Below are positions 29,608 to 39,737 of a stretch of DNA of 64,000 bases, in pieces. The DNA is from Bacteroidales bacterium (GTDB taxonomy: Bacteria > Bacteroidota > Bacteroidia > Bacteroidales > UBA932). The stretch lies in NCBI GenBank assembly GCA_041663505.1, contig JBAYMP010000001.1:30400-94399 (forward strand), given 5' to 3'. The notes beneath the pieces are model-generated. The model was given only the letters and a program-made list of their open reading frames with translations, did no database searches and was not told where the DNA came from. Position numbers and translations under genes: made by a program. The number at the start of each line of letters is the position of its first letter. Within the stretch, counting starts at the first letter, position 1.

Positions 29608-30865
29608 TAGCGTCTACAGGGTTAAGTTTGGCAGCAGTATATGCCGGAATAAATCCAGATACGATCCCGATCACAGATGATATTAAGATTCCCCGTATAA
29701 CATTGTATGCACTTAATTCCATCGGGAAAGCGGGATTGCCCTGCGTGGCGAGTACAATCCCGAGAACCATTATCAATCCGATAACACCCCCTGCAATAGC
29801 CAGAACTACAGCCTCTGCCAGAAATTGCGTGAGAATCATATATTTCTTTGCACCCAACGCTTTTTGGATCCCTATAATATTTGTCCTCTCCTTAACAGAT
29901 ACAAACATAATATTGGCAATCCCAAAGCCACCTATTAGGATTGAAAAACCACCGATTATCCATCCGGCCAGGTTTATACCTCCAAAGATAGATTTTGTTT
30001 GTTTGAGGAGGAGTGTCATTTCGTTTAGTGCAAAATTATCTGCCTGACTAGGCTTAAGTCTTCTGAAAGACCTTAACAGCAACTTAGTCTCAAGAAGAAA
30101 ATCATCCCTGTTGGCCGATTCAAGCGGTTTGAGACAGATCATTGAACCTGCATTGCGGACATTAATTATGGTACTTGCAAAACGATAAGGTATTACTATG
30201 GAGTTATCGGTGTCGAATATACTTATGATGCTCTCTCCGGCCTTCTTCTGAACCCCTATGACACGGGCAGTACTGGAACCAAGTTTGATAATCTTGTTTA
30301 TAGGATCTTCCCCCTTAAATAACTCTTCATAAACTCCGTAACCCAGAACTACAACCGGAGTAGATGACTGGGCCTCGAAAGTAGAAAAATACCGGCCCAT
30401 TTCAATTTCGACATTGGAAATCTTGTCCCAGTCACTTGTGGGGGCTGTTATGAACCCTCCGTTAAAAGAGTTTCTTTTATATCTGATATTTTTTTCCGTA
30501 AAAACGACGAATACGGCTGCCTCTACAGTTTTGGCCTGGGATTTAATAAATTGAAACTCCTCATACTTTGGAGCAGGTCTTTTACGATACTCCCACCATT
30601 TGTACTCTTCACCGGGAGGTGATTCCCAGGGGGACTCCTGTATATACAGAGTGGTACCCCCAAAACTATTAAGACCAATCTCAATATTTTTCTGCAAAGC
30701 ATCAATTGCAGTAAATACAGTAACGATGGAAAAGATGCCGATGCTTACACCAAAAAGAGAGAGAAATGTTCTGAATTTGTCGCCCTTAAGCGAACCGAAA
30801 GCAAAGCTGAAGCTCTCAAATATCAGCTTAAAAATCATTGAAAATTTTCTGTAAAAACTTAGCAT
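29594..30865 (-). CDS. ABC transporter permease, MacB/FtsX family
   Basis: An N-terminal TM helix, a large periplasmic domain and a C-terminal FtsX-type 3-TM bundle. There is no adjacent ATPase gene. Confidence 0.8.
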   Translation of the reverse strand: MLSFYRKFSMIFKLIFESFSFAFGSLKGDKFRTFLSLFGVSIGIFSIVTVFTAIDALQKNIEIGLNSFGGTTLYIQESPWESPPGEEYKWWEYRKRPAPKYEEFQFIKSQAKTVEAAVFVVFTEKNIRYKRNSFNGGFITAPTSDWDKISNVEIEMGRYFSTFEAQSSTPVVVLGYGVYEELFKGEDPINKIIKLGSSTARVIGVQKKAGESIISIFDTDNSIVIPYRFASTIINVRNAGSMICLKPLESANRDDFLLETKLLLRSFRRLKPSQADNFALNEMTLLLKQTKSIFGGINLAGWIIGGFSILIGGFGIANIMFVSVKERTNIIGIQKALGAKKYMILTQFLAEAVVLAIAGGVIGLIMVLGIVLATQGNPAFPMELSAYNVIRGILISSVIGIVSGFIPAYTAAKLNPVDAINSK

Positions 30866-30874
30866 AACCTCTCT

Positions 30875-33454
30875 TTATAAACCAATCTTTTTCTTTAAAC
30901 TGCGTAACTTATCGAAGGCATCTAATGGAGACATAGCATTGATATCCATCTCTTTGAGCTCGTCACGAATGCTGATAAGCAGAGGATCGTCCAATTGGAA
31001 AAATGAAAGCTGGACTGCTTTAGAGCTCACTTTATCTTTTGCTTCAAGTTGTTTTAATACCCTTTCTGCCCTTTTTACCACCTCCTGGGGCATCCCTGCC
31101 ATTCTTGCCACATGGATACCAAAACTGTGAGCAACTCCTCCAGGAAGAAGTTTCCTTAAAAAGATTACTGTATTATCTACCTCCTTGACGGATATGTGGA
31201 AGTTTTTTACCCTTTCCAACTTCTCCTCCAAATCATTCAGTTCATGATAATGTGTGGCAAAAAGAGTTTTGGCTCTATACAAAGGGTGTTCGTGCAGGTA
31301 TTCAACTATAGACCATGCAATGGACATTCCATCGTATGTGCTTGTACCTCTGCCTATTTCATCTAAAAGAATGAGGGATCTATCTGAAAGGTTGTGAAGG
31401 ATAGTTGCTGTCTCAAGCATCTCTACCATAAAGGTTGACTCTCCGCGGGAAATATTGTCCGATGCTCCTACACGGGTGAAAATCTTATCTACAATCCCTA
31501 TCTCTGCAGATTTTACAGGAACAAAGCTACCAATCTGTGACAGCAACACAATAAGAGCAGTTTGCCTCAACAACGCACTCTTCCCAGACATATTTGGCCC
31601 TGTTAGAATAATAATCTGTTGACTATCAGAATCTAAGAAAAGATCGTTTGCAATATACTCTTCTCCGGGAGCCATTAGTGTTTCAATGACAGGATGGCGC
31701 CCATCTTTAATAACAATTGTGTTTCCTAAATTGATTGACGGCCTGTTATAATTGTTGCTACGGGCAAGTTGGGCAAATCCAACGAGTGTGTCTAGTTTTG
31801 CTAAAATAGAAGAATTTTGCTGTATAACAGATATGTTACTTTGAATCTCTGTCACTATTGCGGCAAAAAGGCTTAATTCCAGCGAAAGCATCTTTTCTTC
31901 AGCTCCCAGAATCTTTTCTTCATACTCTTTAAGCTCCTGTGTTATGTAACGTTCTGCACTCACTAATGTCTGTTTACGGATCCAGTCCTGAGGCACCTTA
32001 TCTTTATGTGTGTTTCTTACTTCGAGATAATAACCGAAAACATTATTGTAACTTATTTTAAGTGAGGTTATTCCAGTCCTCTCTACCTCACGCTCCTGGA
32101 TCTCGTTCAGTAACTCTTTGCCATGTCTTGCCAGTTTTCTTAGAGAGTCCAGCTCTTCGTTTACACCATCTGCAATTACATCCCCTTTTCCAAACTGGCT
32201 GGCTGGCTCGGGCAGCATCTCTTTGCTGAGCCTCTCCTGCAGAGTGCTGCATGGATCCAGAAGAGCAGAGCTCTCCTCCAACTCCTTAAGTTTTGATCCT
32301 GAGCAAAGCTCCTTTATTGGTATAATCTGATTCAGTCCTCTCTTAAGTTGGACAACCTCTCTCGGAGATATCCTTCCGGCAGCAGATTTGGAGATAATAC
32401 GCTCTAAATCACCGATATCTCTAAGATGCTTCTGTAATTCTTCCCTCTGTTCAGTCTCGTTAAAAAAGTATTCTACAATGTTTTGACGGAGATTTAGTTC
32501 ATCAATATTTTTTATTGGCATAGCCAGCCAGCTTCGCAGAAGCCTTGCCCCCATCGGGGACGAGGTGCGGTCTACCACATCTAAAAGTGAGGCGGCATTT
32601 TCCTGATTACTTCCGAAAATCTCAAGGTTACGAAAGGTAAATTTGTCTATCCATACATACTCTCCCTCATCTATCCGGGAGATGGAGCAAATATGACCAA
32701 GCCCCTCGTGCCGGGTAAGTTCCAGATAGAAGAGGATAGCTCCGGCTGCAGTTACAGCAAGTGGTAAATTCTCTATTCCAAAACCCTTCAGAGTTGGAAC
32801 GCCAAAGTGTCGCAACAGTTTTTCGTGAGCGGAATCGGTGACAAATGCCCACTCATCAATTGTGGAGATGTAGATATCTTTCCCATAACGCTCCTCAAAT
32901 CCCTTCTGATAGCCCTTTTGGAGAAGCACCTCTTTTGGTGCTATGCTTGCCAGTAGCAGGTCAATATATGAAAGAGAGCCGCTTGCAACCCGGAAACTCC
33001 CGGTAGAAATATCCAAAAATGCAATTCCGGCCTGATCTTTTTGAAAATAAACTGCTGCCAGATAATTGTTCTCTTTATGTGAGAGAAGCTGATCGTTGTA
33101 TGCAACCCCCGGAGTAACCAGCTCTGTAATGCCTCTTTTGACGATTTTCTTTGTAAACTTGGGATCTTCAAGTTGGTCGCAAATAGCAACTTTATGACCA
33201 GCTCTTACCAACTTTGGCAGGTATGTGTCTATCGAGTGGTAAGGGAATCCTGCGAGCTCTACGTACTGGGCAGCACCATTTGCTCTGCGGGTGAGGACAA
33301 TTCCCAATATCTTTGAAGCCGTAATAGCATCCTCTCCGAAAGTTTCATAAAAGTCTCCCACCCTGAAAAGCAGCAATGCATCGGGGTACTTCCCTTTAAC
33401 GGCAAAGTACTGCTTCATAAGCGGAGTTTCAACTATCTTTTTGTCCTCGTTCAT
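30875..33454 (-). CDS. mutS: DNA mismatch repair protein MutS
   Basis: TPLMKQY, GDFYE, Walker A GPNMSGKS, STFMVEM and DEIGRGTST. Confidence 0.95.
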   Translation of the reverse strand: MNEDKKIVETPLMKQYFAVKGKYPDALLLFRVGDFYETFGEDAITASKILGIVLTRRANGAAQYVELAGFPYHSIDTYLPKLVRAGHKVAICDQLEDPKFTKKIVKRGITELVTPGVAYNDQLLSHKENNYLAAVYFQKDQAGIAFLDISTGSFRVASGSLSYIDLLLASIAPKEVLLQKGYQKGFEERYGKDIYISTIDEWAFVTDSAHEKLLRHFGVPTLKGFGIENLPLAVTAAGAILFYLELTRHEGLGHICSISRIDEGEYVWIDKFTFRNLEIFGSNQENAASLLDVVDRTSSPMGARLLRSWLAMPIKNIDELNLRQNIVEYFFNETEQREELQKHLRDIGDLERIISKSAAGRISPREVVQLKRGLNQIIPIKELCSGSKLKELEESSALLDPCSTLQERLSKEMLPEPASQFGKGDVIADGVNEELDSLRKLARHGKELLNEIQEREVERTGITSLKISYNNVFGYYLEVRNTHKDKVPQDWIRKQTLVSAERYITQELKEYEEKILGAEEKMLSLELSLFAAIVTEIQSNISVIQQNSSILAKLDTLVGFAQLARSNNYNRPSINLGNTIVIKDGRHPVIETLMAPGEEYIANDLFLDSDSQQIIILTGPNMSGKSALLRQTALIVLLSQIGSFVPVKSAEIGIVDKIFTRVGASDNISRGESTFMVEMLETATILHNLSDRSLILLDEIGRGTSTYDGMSIAWSIVEYLHEHPLYRAKTLFATHYHELNDLEEKLERVKNFHISVKEVDNTVIFLRKLLPGGVAHSFGIHVARMAGMPQEVVKRAERVLKQLEAKDKVSSKAVQLSFFQLDDPLLISIRDELKEMDINAMSPLDAFDKLRSLKKKIGL

Positions 33455-33488
33455 TCATACAAAAATAGATAATTTTATTTCAAAACTT

Positions 33489-33496
33489 TATCTTTG
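33489..33496 (+). promoter_or_regulatory. Bacteroides-type -7 box TATCTTTG upstream of the serine hydrolase gene
   Basis: Matches TAnnTTTG. Its position argues for the ATG at 33524 rather than the ORF-track start at 33494. Confidence 0.45.
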
Positions 33497-33523
33497 TACA
33501 ATATCCTTATAACAAATAGAATT

Positions 33524-34720
33524 ATGAAAACTTTTGTATCGATCAAGCGGGTGATGCTCTTTGGTTTAACATCCATTACTCTCTCGGTTCCAGCGATTTC
33601 CTCAGATAAAACTTCAAAGGAGGAAAAGACAGTAAAAGATCTGAAGCAAATAATGTCCCGCACAAATGCTGTGGGTTTGGCGGTGGCGGTTGTAAAAGAT
33701 GGCAAGATTATCTTTTTAAAATCGCTTGGAAAGAAAAATATCGAAGAAAATATAAATCTGGATACAAAAGATCTTTTCCGGATAGCTTCAATTTCAAAAT
33801 CTTTTACTGCAACAGCCATAATGCAATTAAGAGAAAAGGATAAACTTAGACTAAACCAGGATATTAGTGAACTAATCGGGTTCCGGGTCCGCAATCCAAA
33901 ATTTCCGGATGTTCCCATTACAGTTAAAATGCTGCTTTCTCACACCTCCAGCCTTAATGACTCATTAGGTTATTTTCAGCTTGATGTGATAGATCCTGCA
34001 AAAAACCCAAATTATGCAAAAGCATATCACTACTACGCTCCCGGGACCAATTACGATTATTGCAACTTAGGTTTTAATATTTTGGGGACACTTGTAGAGA
34101 AGATCTCCGGAGAAAGGTTCGACAACTATATTCATAATCATATTATTAAGCCATTGGGCCTGAATGCAAATCACAATGTAGACTCTCTGGATGCTTCAAA
34201 ATTCGTCACTCTGTATGAAGTTGATCCTGCAACCAATAAACTGGCTCCGCAACCGGCGGCCTACCGCAGCAGAGGTACCGAAATTGAGTCGGGCTATGTA
34301 ATGGGTTACAGTGCACCGCTTTTTTCACCGACAGGAGGAGTTAAGATATCTGCGGAAGATTTAGCAAAATATATGATTATGCATATGAATTACGGCAAGA
34401 AGGGTTCTGTGAGAATAATTTCCAGGGAGAGCTCACGGATGATGCAGACACCGATTGTAGAAGTAGACAAGTGGAACCAGTATTGTATAGCTCTTAAGCA
34501 TACTACTAATCTGATCCCGGGATTAAACATGGTCGGCCACACAGGCTCCGCATACGGAGTTTACAGTGCAATGTTCTTCGACCCGGATAAAAAATTTGGC
34601 TTTGTAATGATGACAAACGGCTGCGACCCCGCATACAAAGATGGTTGGGTAGTAATTATTCGTGATGTGATACAAACTCTGTATCAGAATTTTATTGAAA
34701 AACAGGTCCCAAAAACATAG
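33524..34720 (+). CDS. Beta-lactamase-family serine hydrolase (class C / PBP4*-like), secreted
   Basis: Signal peptide, the SxxK motif SISKSF, a YxN-like YCN, and a C-terminal HTGS motif. Confidence 0.8.
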   Translation: MKTFVSIKRVMLFGLTSITLSVPAISSDKTSKEEKTVKDLKQIMSRTNAVGLAVAVVKDGKIIFLKSLGKKNIEENINLDTKDLFRIASISKSFTATAIMQLREKDKLRLNQDISELIGFRVRNPKFPDVPITVKMLLSHTSSLNDSLGYFQLDVIDPAKNPNYAKAYHYYAPGTNYDYCNLGFNILGTLVEKISGERFDNYIHNHIIKPLGLNANHNVDSLDASKFVTLYEVDPATNKLAPQPAAYRSRGTEIESGYVMGYSAPLFSPTGGVKISAEDLAKYMIMHMNYGKKGSVRIISRESSRMMQTPIVEVDKWNQYCIALKHTTNLIPGLNMVGHTGSAYGVYSAMFFDPDKKFGFVMMTNGCDPAYKDGWVVIIRDVIQTLYQNFIEKQVPKT

Positions 34721-34723
34721 TTA

Positions 34724-36070
34724 GTGAAAAAGGTACTGATCATAACATATTACTGGCCACCTGCAGGTGGCTCCGGGGTACAGAGATGGCTCAAATTTGT
34801 CAAGTACCTCGGAGAATATGGCTATGAGCCTGTGGTTTACACACCTCTCAACCCGGAGTTTATGGCTATAGACCCGGGGCTGCTGGAGGAGATACCTGAA
34901 GGGGTAGAAGTAGTGAAAAGGAAAATATTTGAGCCATATTCACTCTACAAGCTTTTCACCGGGAAAAAGGGTCAGGCAATTAAACCGGGATTTATTGCAG
35001 AGAGCAAATCAGGAAAAACGAATAAATCGCCATTGTCGGAGAGAGTCTCTCTCTTGATAAGAAGCAACTTCTTTATACCCGATCCAAAATGCTTTTGGAT
35101 CTCGCCATCTGTAAGGTTCTTAAAAAAATATCTCAGGGAAAATCCTGTAAATGTCATTGTTAGCAGCGGGCCGCCTCACTCTATGCATCTTATTGCAAAA
35201 AAAGTGGCCCGGGAAACCGGAATACCGTGGCTGGCCGACTTTCGTGATCCATGGACACGGATGTACAACTTCAAGTATATGAACAACACAAAGTTTGTGG
35301 AGAGAATCCACAAAAGAATGGAAAAAAGTGTTGTCCGGCAGGCAGATGTAGTAGTCGTTGTAACCAATGTAATGTGCGAAGAATACCGGGAACTGGGCGC
35401 TAAAAGGATTGAGGTTATTACCAACGGCTTTGATTACAGTGATTTTGCTCAGACACCGGAGTCACTTGAGGAATTATTTACAATTACTTATACAGGGTTG
35501 TTCGTAAAGGACAGAAATCCTGGGGAGCTCTGGAGGCTTCTCGGGGAGAGGGTAAAGTCAGATAATACTTTTGCAAAGGATTTGAGAATAAGAATAATAG
35601 GACAGGCAGACCAGAGTATATGGGACGATATATCTACAAATGGTCTGAACAGCAATCTTGTAAAAATGGATTATATGCCTCACAGCCAGGTTGTAAAATG
35701 GCAGCAGAAGGCAAGAGTATTGCTTTTGACAGGGGGACAGGAACCTGAGGCCAAAGGTATTTTGACGGGCAAGTTTTTTGAGTACCTTGCAACAAGAAGA
35801 CCAATAATAGGATTTGGCCCTCTGGGTGGAGATATGGATGTGGCCCTGAAGGAGAGCGAGGCAGGAGAGATGTTTGACTATGGAGATTATGCGGGCGCAA
35901 AAAAGTGGATAGATACCCAATACGATCTGTACAAGAAGGGGATTGTTCCTAAGACATCGGGCAAGATAGACCGTTACTCAAGGAAAGAACTCTGCCACCG
36001 TATGGCAGAATTACTGGACGAGATAATTGAAAAAAAATGTAAATCAAAATGTAAATCAAAATATGAATAA
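34724..36070 (+). CDS. Glycosyltransferase (GT-B fold, GT4-like)
   Basis: N-terminal KVLIITYYWPPAGGSGVQRW, typical of a conserved Bacteroidota GT family. It uses a GTG start. Confidence 0.65.
   Translation: MKKVLIITYYWPPAGGSGVQRWLKFVKYLGEYGYEPVVYTPLNPEFMAIDPGLLEEIPEGVEVVKRKIFEPYSLYKLFTGKKGQAIKPGFIAESKSGKTNKSPLSERVSLLIRSNFFIPDPKCFWISPSVRFLKKYLRENPVNVIVSSGPPHSMHLIAKKVARETGIPWLADFRDPWTRMYNFKYMNNTKFVERIHKRMEKSVVRQADVVVVVTNVMCEEYRELGAKRIEVITNGFDYSDFAQTPESLEELFTITYTGLFVKDRNPGELWRLLGERVKSDNTFAKDLRIRIIGQADQSIWDDISTNGLNSNLVKMDYMPHSQVVKWQQKARVLLLTGGQEPEAKGILTGKFFEYLATRRPIIGFGPLGGDMDVALKESEAGEMFDYGDYAGAKKWIDTQYDLYKKGIVPKTSGKIDRYSRKELCHRMAELLDEIIEKKCKSKCKSKYE
36036..36059 (+). repeat. Perfect 12-bp tandem duplication (AATGTAAATCAA x2)
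   Basis: Read directly from the sequence. It encodes the KCKSKCKS tail of the glycosyltransferase. Confidence 0.9.
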
Positions 36071-38603
36071 GTACAAACAATACCTGCCTCACGCACTTGT
36101 AATACTGGCATTTGCTGTTTTGGCATACCTCTTTACCCCTCAGATATTCCAGGGAAAAGTTGTAAACCAGTCCGACATAGCCTCGTGGAGAGGAATGGCC
36201 AATGAGATAATTCAGTATAACGAGGCCAACCCCGATAAGGATCCCACTCTGTGGACAAACTCAATGTTTTCCGGCATGCCTGCCACATCTATCTCTGTCA
36301 AATACGAGGGTGATTACACCAATTACCTCTATAATCTTTTATTTGTAGGGCAGAGACCACCCAGCTACCTTCTGATCTGCCTTGTGGGAGCATTTTTAAT
36401 GTTTCTGGCTTTCGGAGTCAATGTATATATTGCAGCAATCGGAGCAATTGCCGTCACATTCTGTTCGTACAACTTTCAGATAATTCAGGTGGGGCATAAC
36501 TCCAAAATGGTGGCGATAGCATTCATGCCTTGGGTTATTGCTGCCGTTACCTATGCCTACCGTAAGAAACCTATGCTGGGAGCGCTCCTCTTCGCCCTTG
36601 CACTTAGCTTCCAGATTAAGGCAAACCACCCTCAGATTACCTACTATCTGGCAATAATTATTCTGGGATACGGATTTGCTCAGTTATACATGTCAATCAA
36701 AGAAAAATACTTTCCGAAATTCCTCAGGACATCCGTCTATCTTCTATTAGCTGGAGTACTCGGTATATCAACCAATATAAACCATTTATGGCCTACCTAT
36801 GAGTACTCCAAGTACACAATGAGGGGTGGCTCAGAGCTAAAAGGCGACAAGAACCAGGAGAGCAACAAAAAACAAAACGGACTGGACATTGCCTATGCAA
36901 CAAATTGGTCCTACAGCCCTCAGGAGATGCCAAATCTTATGATTCCCAACTATAACGGAGGTTCATCTCCCGGTGAGCTCTCTACAAGTTCCAACACATA
37001 TAAGGTTCTAAAAGATGCCGGATATCAGGGAGCAGAACAGGCAGTAAAACAAATGCCGCTCTACTGGGGTCCGCAACCCTTTACCGCCGGCCCTATGTAT
37101 ATGGGTGCCATATCGTTTTTCCTCTTTATCCTTGGGTTAGTACTGCTCAAGGGGCCGGTAAAATGGTGGATTGCAATTGTGAGTCTAATTGCAGTGTTTC
37201 TCTCATGGGGATCTCATCTGCTCTTCTTTACCGAGCTCTTCTTCAAATATGCACCTCTCTACAACAAGTTTCGAACAGTTTCGATGATATTGGTTATTCT
37301 CCAGATTACAATACCACTATTAGCATTTATCACAACCGATAAGCTCCTCAAAGGTGAGTTTGATAAAAAGAGAGTAAAACAGGGTTTTATAATCTCTTTA
37401 GCCTTAACTGCCGGCTTTGCTCTTATAGTGGCAATTATTCCATCTCTGGCAGGTTCATTCAGCGGAGCGGCAGATGGACAACTTCCCGAGCAACTGAAAA
37501 GCTCTCTTGTGCTGGACAGGATATATCTGCTGAGAGCAGATGCTTTCCGTTCGATAGCATATATCCTGCTTACGGCCGCTGCACTTTGGTTTACTATTGC
37601 CAAAAAACTTAAACCATCGTATCTCTATGTGGTTCTTGGTCTTTTGGTCTTGACAGACCTGTGGAACGTAGATAAAAGATATCTGAATGATTCTCATTTT
37701 GTACGCAACCGGGAGTTTACCAATCAATATTCAAAAAGACCGGTAGACGAAATTATACTTAAGGATACCGATCCCAACTACCGCGTACTGGATTTGAGCA
37801 TCAATACATTTAATGATTCACATGTAAGTTATCACCATAAGACAATAGGGGGTTATAGTCCTGTGAAGATGCAGAGGTACCAGGATATGATAGACTATCA
37901 TATTATGCCTGAAATGCAACAAATTGGCAAGGATATTAACGGATGTCAGACTCTTGATGAAGTACAGGCAAAGCTGGGTAATTATCCGGTGCTTAACATG
38001 CTCAACACAAAATATATTATTGTGGGAGGAGAAAACCCGCCGGTAATAAATAACCGTGCAATGGAAAATGCCTGGTTTGTGAATAATGTTAAATGGGCAA
38101 AAGATGCCAATGAAGAGATTAGTATGCTTGGCTCAATTGACGTAAGAAATACCGCTATTGTATCAGAAGATTTTGCCAAAGTGGTGGAAGGGGTAAATTT
38201 TGCAGAGACATCTTCTTCATCTGTACTCTCTGATTCCTCATTTGTTGCAGGCTCCACAGCAACTGGCACGATAACTCTTACCGCTTATGCACCGAATAAG
38301 CTTCACTACAAGTATAGTACAGATAAGGAGAAAATCGCTGTTTTCAGTGAAGTTTACTATCCAGCCGGATGGAAGGCTACAATCGACGGGCAACCAGCCA
38401 AAATCTTCAGGGCAAACTACATTCTGCGGGCGCTGAAATTACCTGCCGGTAGTCACGAAATAGAGTTTTACTTCCAGCCGGATTCCTTCAAAAAAGGGAC
38501 ACTATATTCAAAAGTAAGTTCCGGGCTGCTGCTGTTGCTTTTATTTGCCGGAATGGGATTTGAAGTTTCAAAATTGAAAAGAGACAAAAAATCTACTTTT
38601 TGA
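36063..38603 (+). CDS. YfhO-family polytopic membrane protein (putative glycosyl-carrier-dependent glycosyltransferase)
   Basis: About 846 aa with many TM helices and a large C-terminal extracytoplasmic domain. The start was set at MNKYKQYLPH, which gives an 8-nt overlap with the GT gene. Confidence 0.7.
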   Translation: MNKYKQYLPHALVILAFAVLAYLFTPQIFQGKVVNQSDIASWRGMANEIIQYNEANPDKDPTLWTNSMFSGMPATSISVKYEGDYTNYLYNLLFVGQRPPSYLLICLVGAFLMFLAFGVNVYIAAIGAIAVTFCSYNFQIIQVGHNSKMVAIAFMPWVIAAVTYAYRKKPMLGALLFALALSFQIKANHPQITYYLAIIILGYGFAQLYMSIKEKYFPKFLRTSVYLLLAGVLGISTNINHLWPTYEYSKYTMRGGSELKGDKNQESNKKQNGLDIAYATNWSYSPQEMPNLMIPNYNGGSSPGELSTSSNTYKVLKDAGYQGAEQAVKQMPLYWGPQPFTAGPMYMGAISFFLFILGLVLLKGPVKWWIAIVSLIAVFLSWGSHLLFFTELFFKYAPLYNKFRTVSMILVILQITIPLLAFITTDKLLKGEFDKKRVKQGFIISLALTAGFALIVAIIPSLAGSFSGAADGQLPEQLKSSLVLDRIYLLRADAFRSIAYILLTAAALWFTIAKKLKPSYLYVVLGLLVLTDLWNVDKRYLNDSHFVRNREFTNQYSKRPVDEIILKDTDPNYRVLDLSINTFNDSHVSYHHKTIGGYSPVKMQRYQDMIDYHIMPEMQQIGKDINGCQTLDEVQAKLGNYPVLNMLNTKYIIVGGENPPVINNRAMENAWFVNNVKWAKDANEEISMLGSIDVRNTAIVSEDFAKVVEGVNFAETSSSSVLSDSSFVAGSTATGTITLTAYAPNKLHYKYSTDKEKIAVFSEVYYPAGWKATIDGQPAKIFRANYILRALKLPAGSHEIEFYFQPDSFKKGTLYSKVSSGLLLLLLFAGMGFEVSKLKRDKKSTF

Positions 38604-38621
38604 GCTTGGTAAGTTATTTGT

Positions 38622-38629
38622 TATCTTTG
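38622..38629 (+). promoter_or_regulatory. Bacteroides-type -7 box TATCTTTG
   Basis: Matches TAnnTTTG, just upstream of the ORF at 38637. The real start may therefore be Met4 at 38646. Confidence 0.4.
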
Positions 38630-38636
38630 CAGCAGT

Positions 38637-39041
38637 ATGCGGTTCATGAAAAATATACTGTTAATGGGTTTCCTGGCTTTAACCAGCGGAACCTTGTTGT
38701 TGAACTCTTTTCTTAATGGAATTAATGAGGAGAGTGACAGATTTGACCACGTTCCATACTCAGCTCTTTCCAGCCAATATAGCTTTTCCAGCTCAGGTGG
38801 CTCGTTCGGAGAGGGATGTGCTATACTGAACAGCGGTTACGACAGCAACACTTTGCAAGCGCGTCTGACACCGGGCTCCTTTTTGACAGCTTGCCTTCTT
38901 GAGAAAATCTTGTTCTATTCGTCAAATAGAGAAAAGTATCTCTCCAAAGTAACTACTAAGCCATTTCCAAAATATTTAATACATTTTCTGGACTCTCCGG
39001 GCGGTTATTATGTATATAGCCTGAGAAAAATCGTCATTTAG
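38637..39041 (+). CDS. Hypothetical secreted protein
   Basis: An N-terminal hydrophobic signal-like segment and no recognisable motif. Confidence 0.45.
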   Translation: MRFMKNILLMGFLALTSGTLLLNSFLNGINEESDRFDHVPYSALSSQYSFSSSGGSFGEGCAILNSGYDSNTLQARLTPGSFLTACLLEKILFYSSNREKYLSKVTTKPFPKYLIHFLDSPGGYYVYSLRKIVI

Positions 39042-39071
39042 TTTTCAGAATCTTCTTCTTTTGCATGTCAC

Positions 39072-39089
39072 CGGTCGCAATTGCGGCCG
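39072..39089 (+). terminator. GC-rich hairpin (CGGTCGC-AATT-GCGGCCG), candidate terminator without a U-tract
   Basis: A 7-bp stem (one G:U pair) with a 4-nt loop, 30 nt after the stop at 39041. Confidence 0.35.
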
Positions 39090-39140
39090 AATAGGATGTG
39101 CTGTATATTCTATTAAATTAATTCATTAAAGAAAAACATT

Positions 39141-39623
39141 ATGAAAACAGATAACTTACAACTCAAACTGACAAGCAAACTAAATACAAAAAACCTCATT
39201 ATTGCCGGGCTGTTAACAATAATAGGAATAGTGGCCATCGTTTTATCGTGGACAATCACAGGAATCATCCTGATTATTGCAGGAGTTATTCTATTTCTGG
39301 TAAAACCGAAGCAGGAGATCTATAAACCCACAGGCAGTGTTGTTAATAAATACTCAAGTTATTTTGACAAGGAGTACATTACGCAACTAGAGAAGATTGT
39401 AAGGGGCAACATTACAGAGGAGACCGCCAATTTTAAATTATCAAATTCCGGCAGCGGCAGGATAGATGTTATAATCTCAGCAGATAAAGAGTTCATTGCA
39501 GTTCAGTTATTCAGATTCGTTCCCCATACTTACGAGCAGGCAACCGAATTCATAAGCTATACCGGACCACAGGCAAAACAGCTGATTGACTATCTTGAGA
39601 AATGCCGGAAGGAGATCAGGTAA
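39141..39623 (+). CDS. Hypothetical membrane protein
   Basis: Two adjacent TM segments (LIIAGLLTIIGIVAIVLSWTITGIILIIAGVILFLV) followed by a soluble domain. Confidence 0.5.
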   Translation: MKTDNLQLKLTSKLNTKNLIIAGLLTIIGIVAIVLSWTITGIILIIAGVILFLVKPKQEIYKPTGSVVNKYSSYFDKEYITQLEKIVRGNITEETANFKLSNSGSGRIDVIISADKEFIAVQLFRFVPHTYEQATEFISYTGPQAKQLIDYLEKCRKEIR

Positions 39624-39722
39624 GATAATGTGCTTGTTTTGATTTATATGTAAGAAGGATTTCTATTAATTATTATGCTTTTCAAATAACCTTTGATTAT
39701 TTGCCATAGTTTCAGTTTTACC

Positions 39723-39730
39723 TATATTTG
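39723..39730 (+). promoter_or_regulatory. Bacteroides-type -7 box TATATTTG
   Basis: Matches TAnnTTTG, 8 nt upstream of the ATG at 39738. Confidence 0.45.
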
Positions 39731-39737
39731 TGACATT

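Noticed and set aside
36027-36062. The repetitive NVNQNVNQN / KCKSKCKS coding at the GT-YfhO junction, considered as a possible Cys-rich peptide or phase-variation tract
   Set aside because: There are only two copies of a 12-bp unit. The duplication keeps the GT frame and lies upstream of the likely YfhO start. It is recorded as a simple tandem duplication only.
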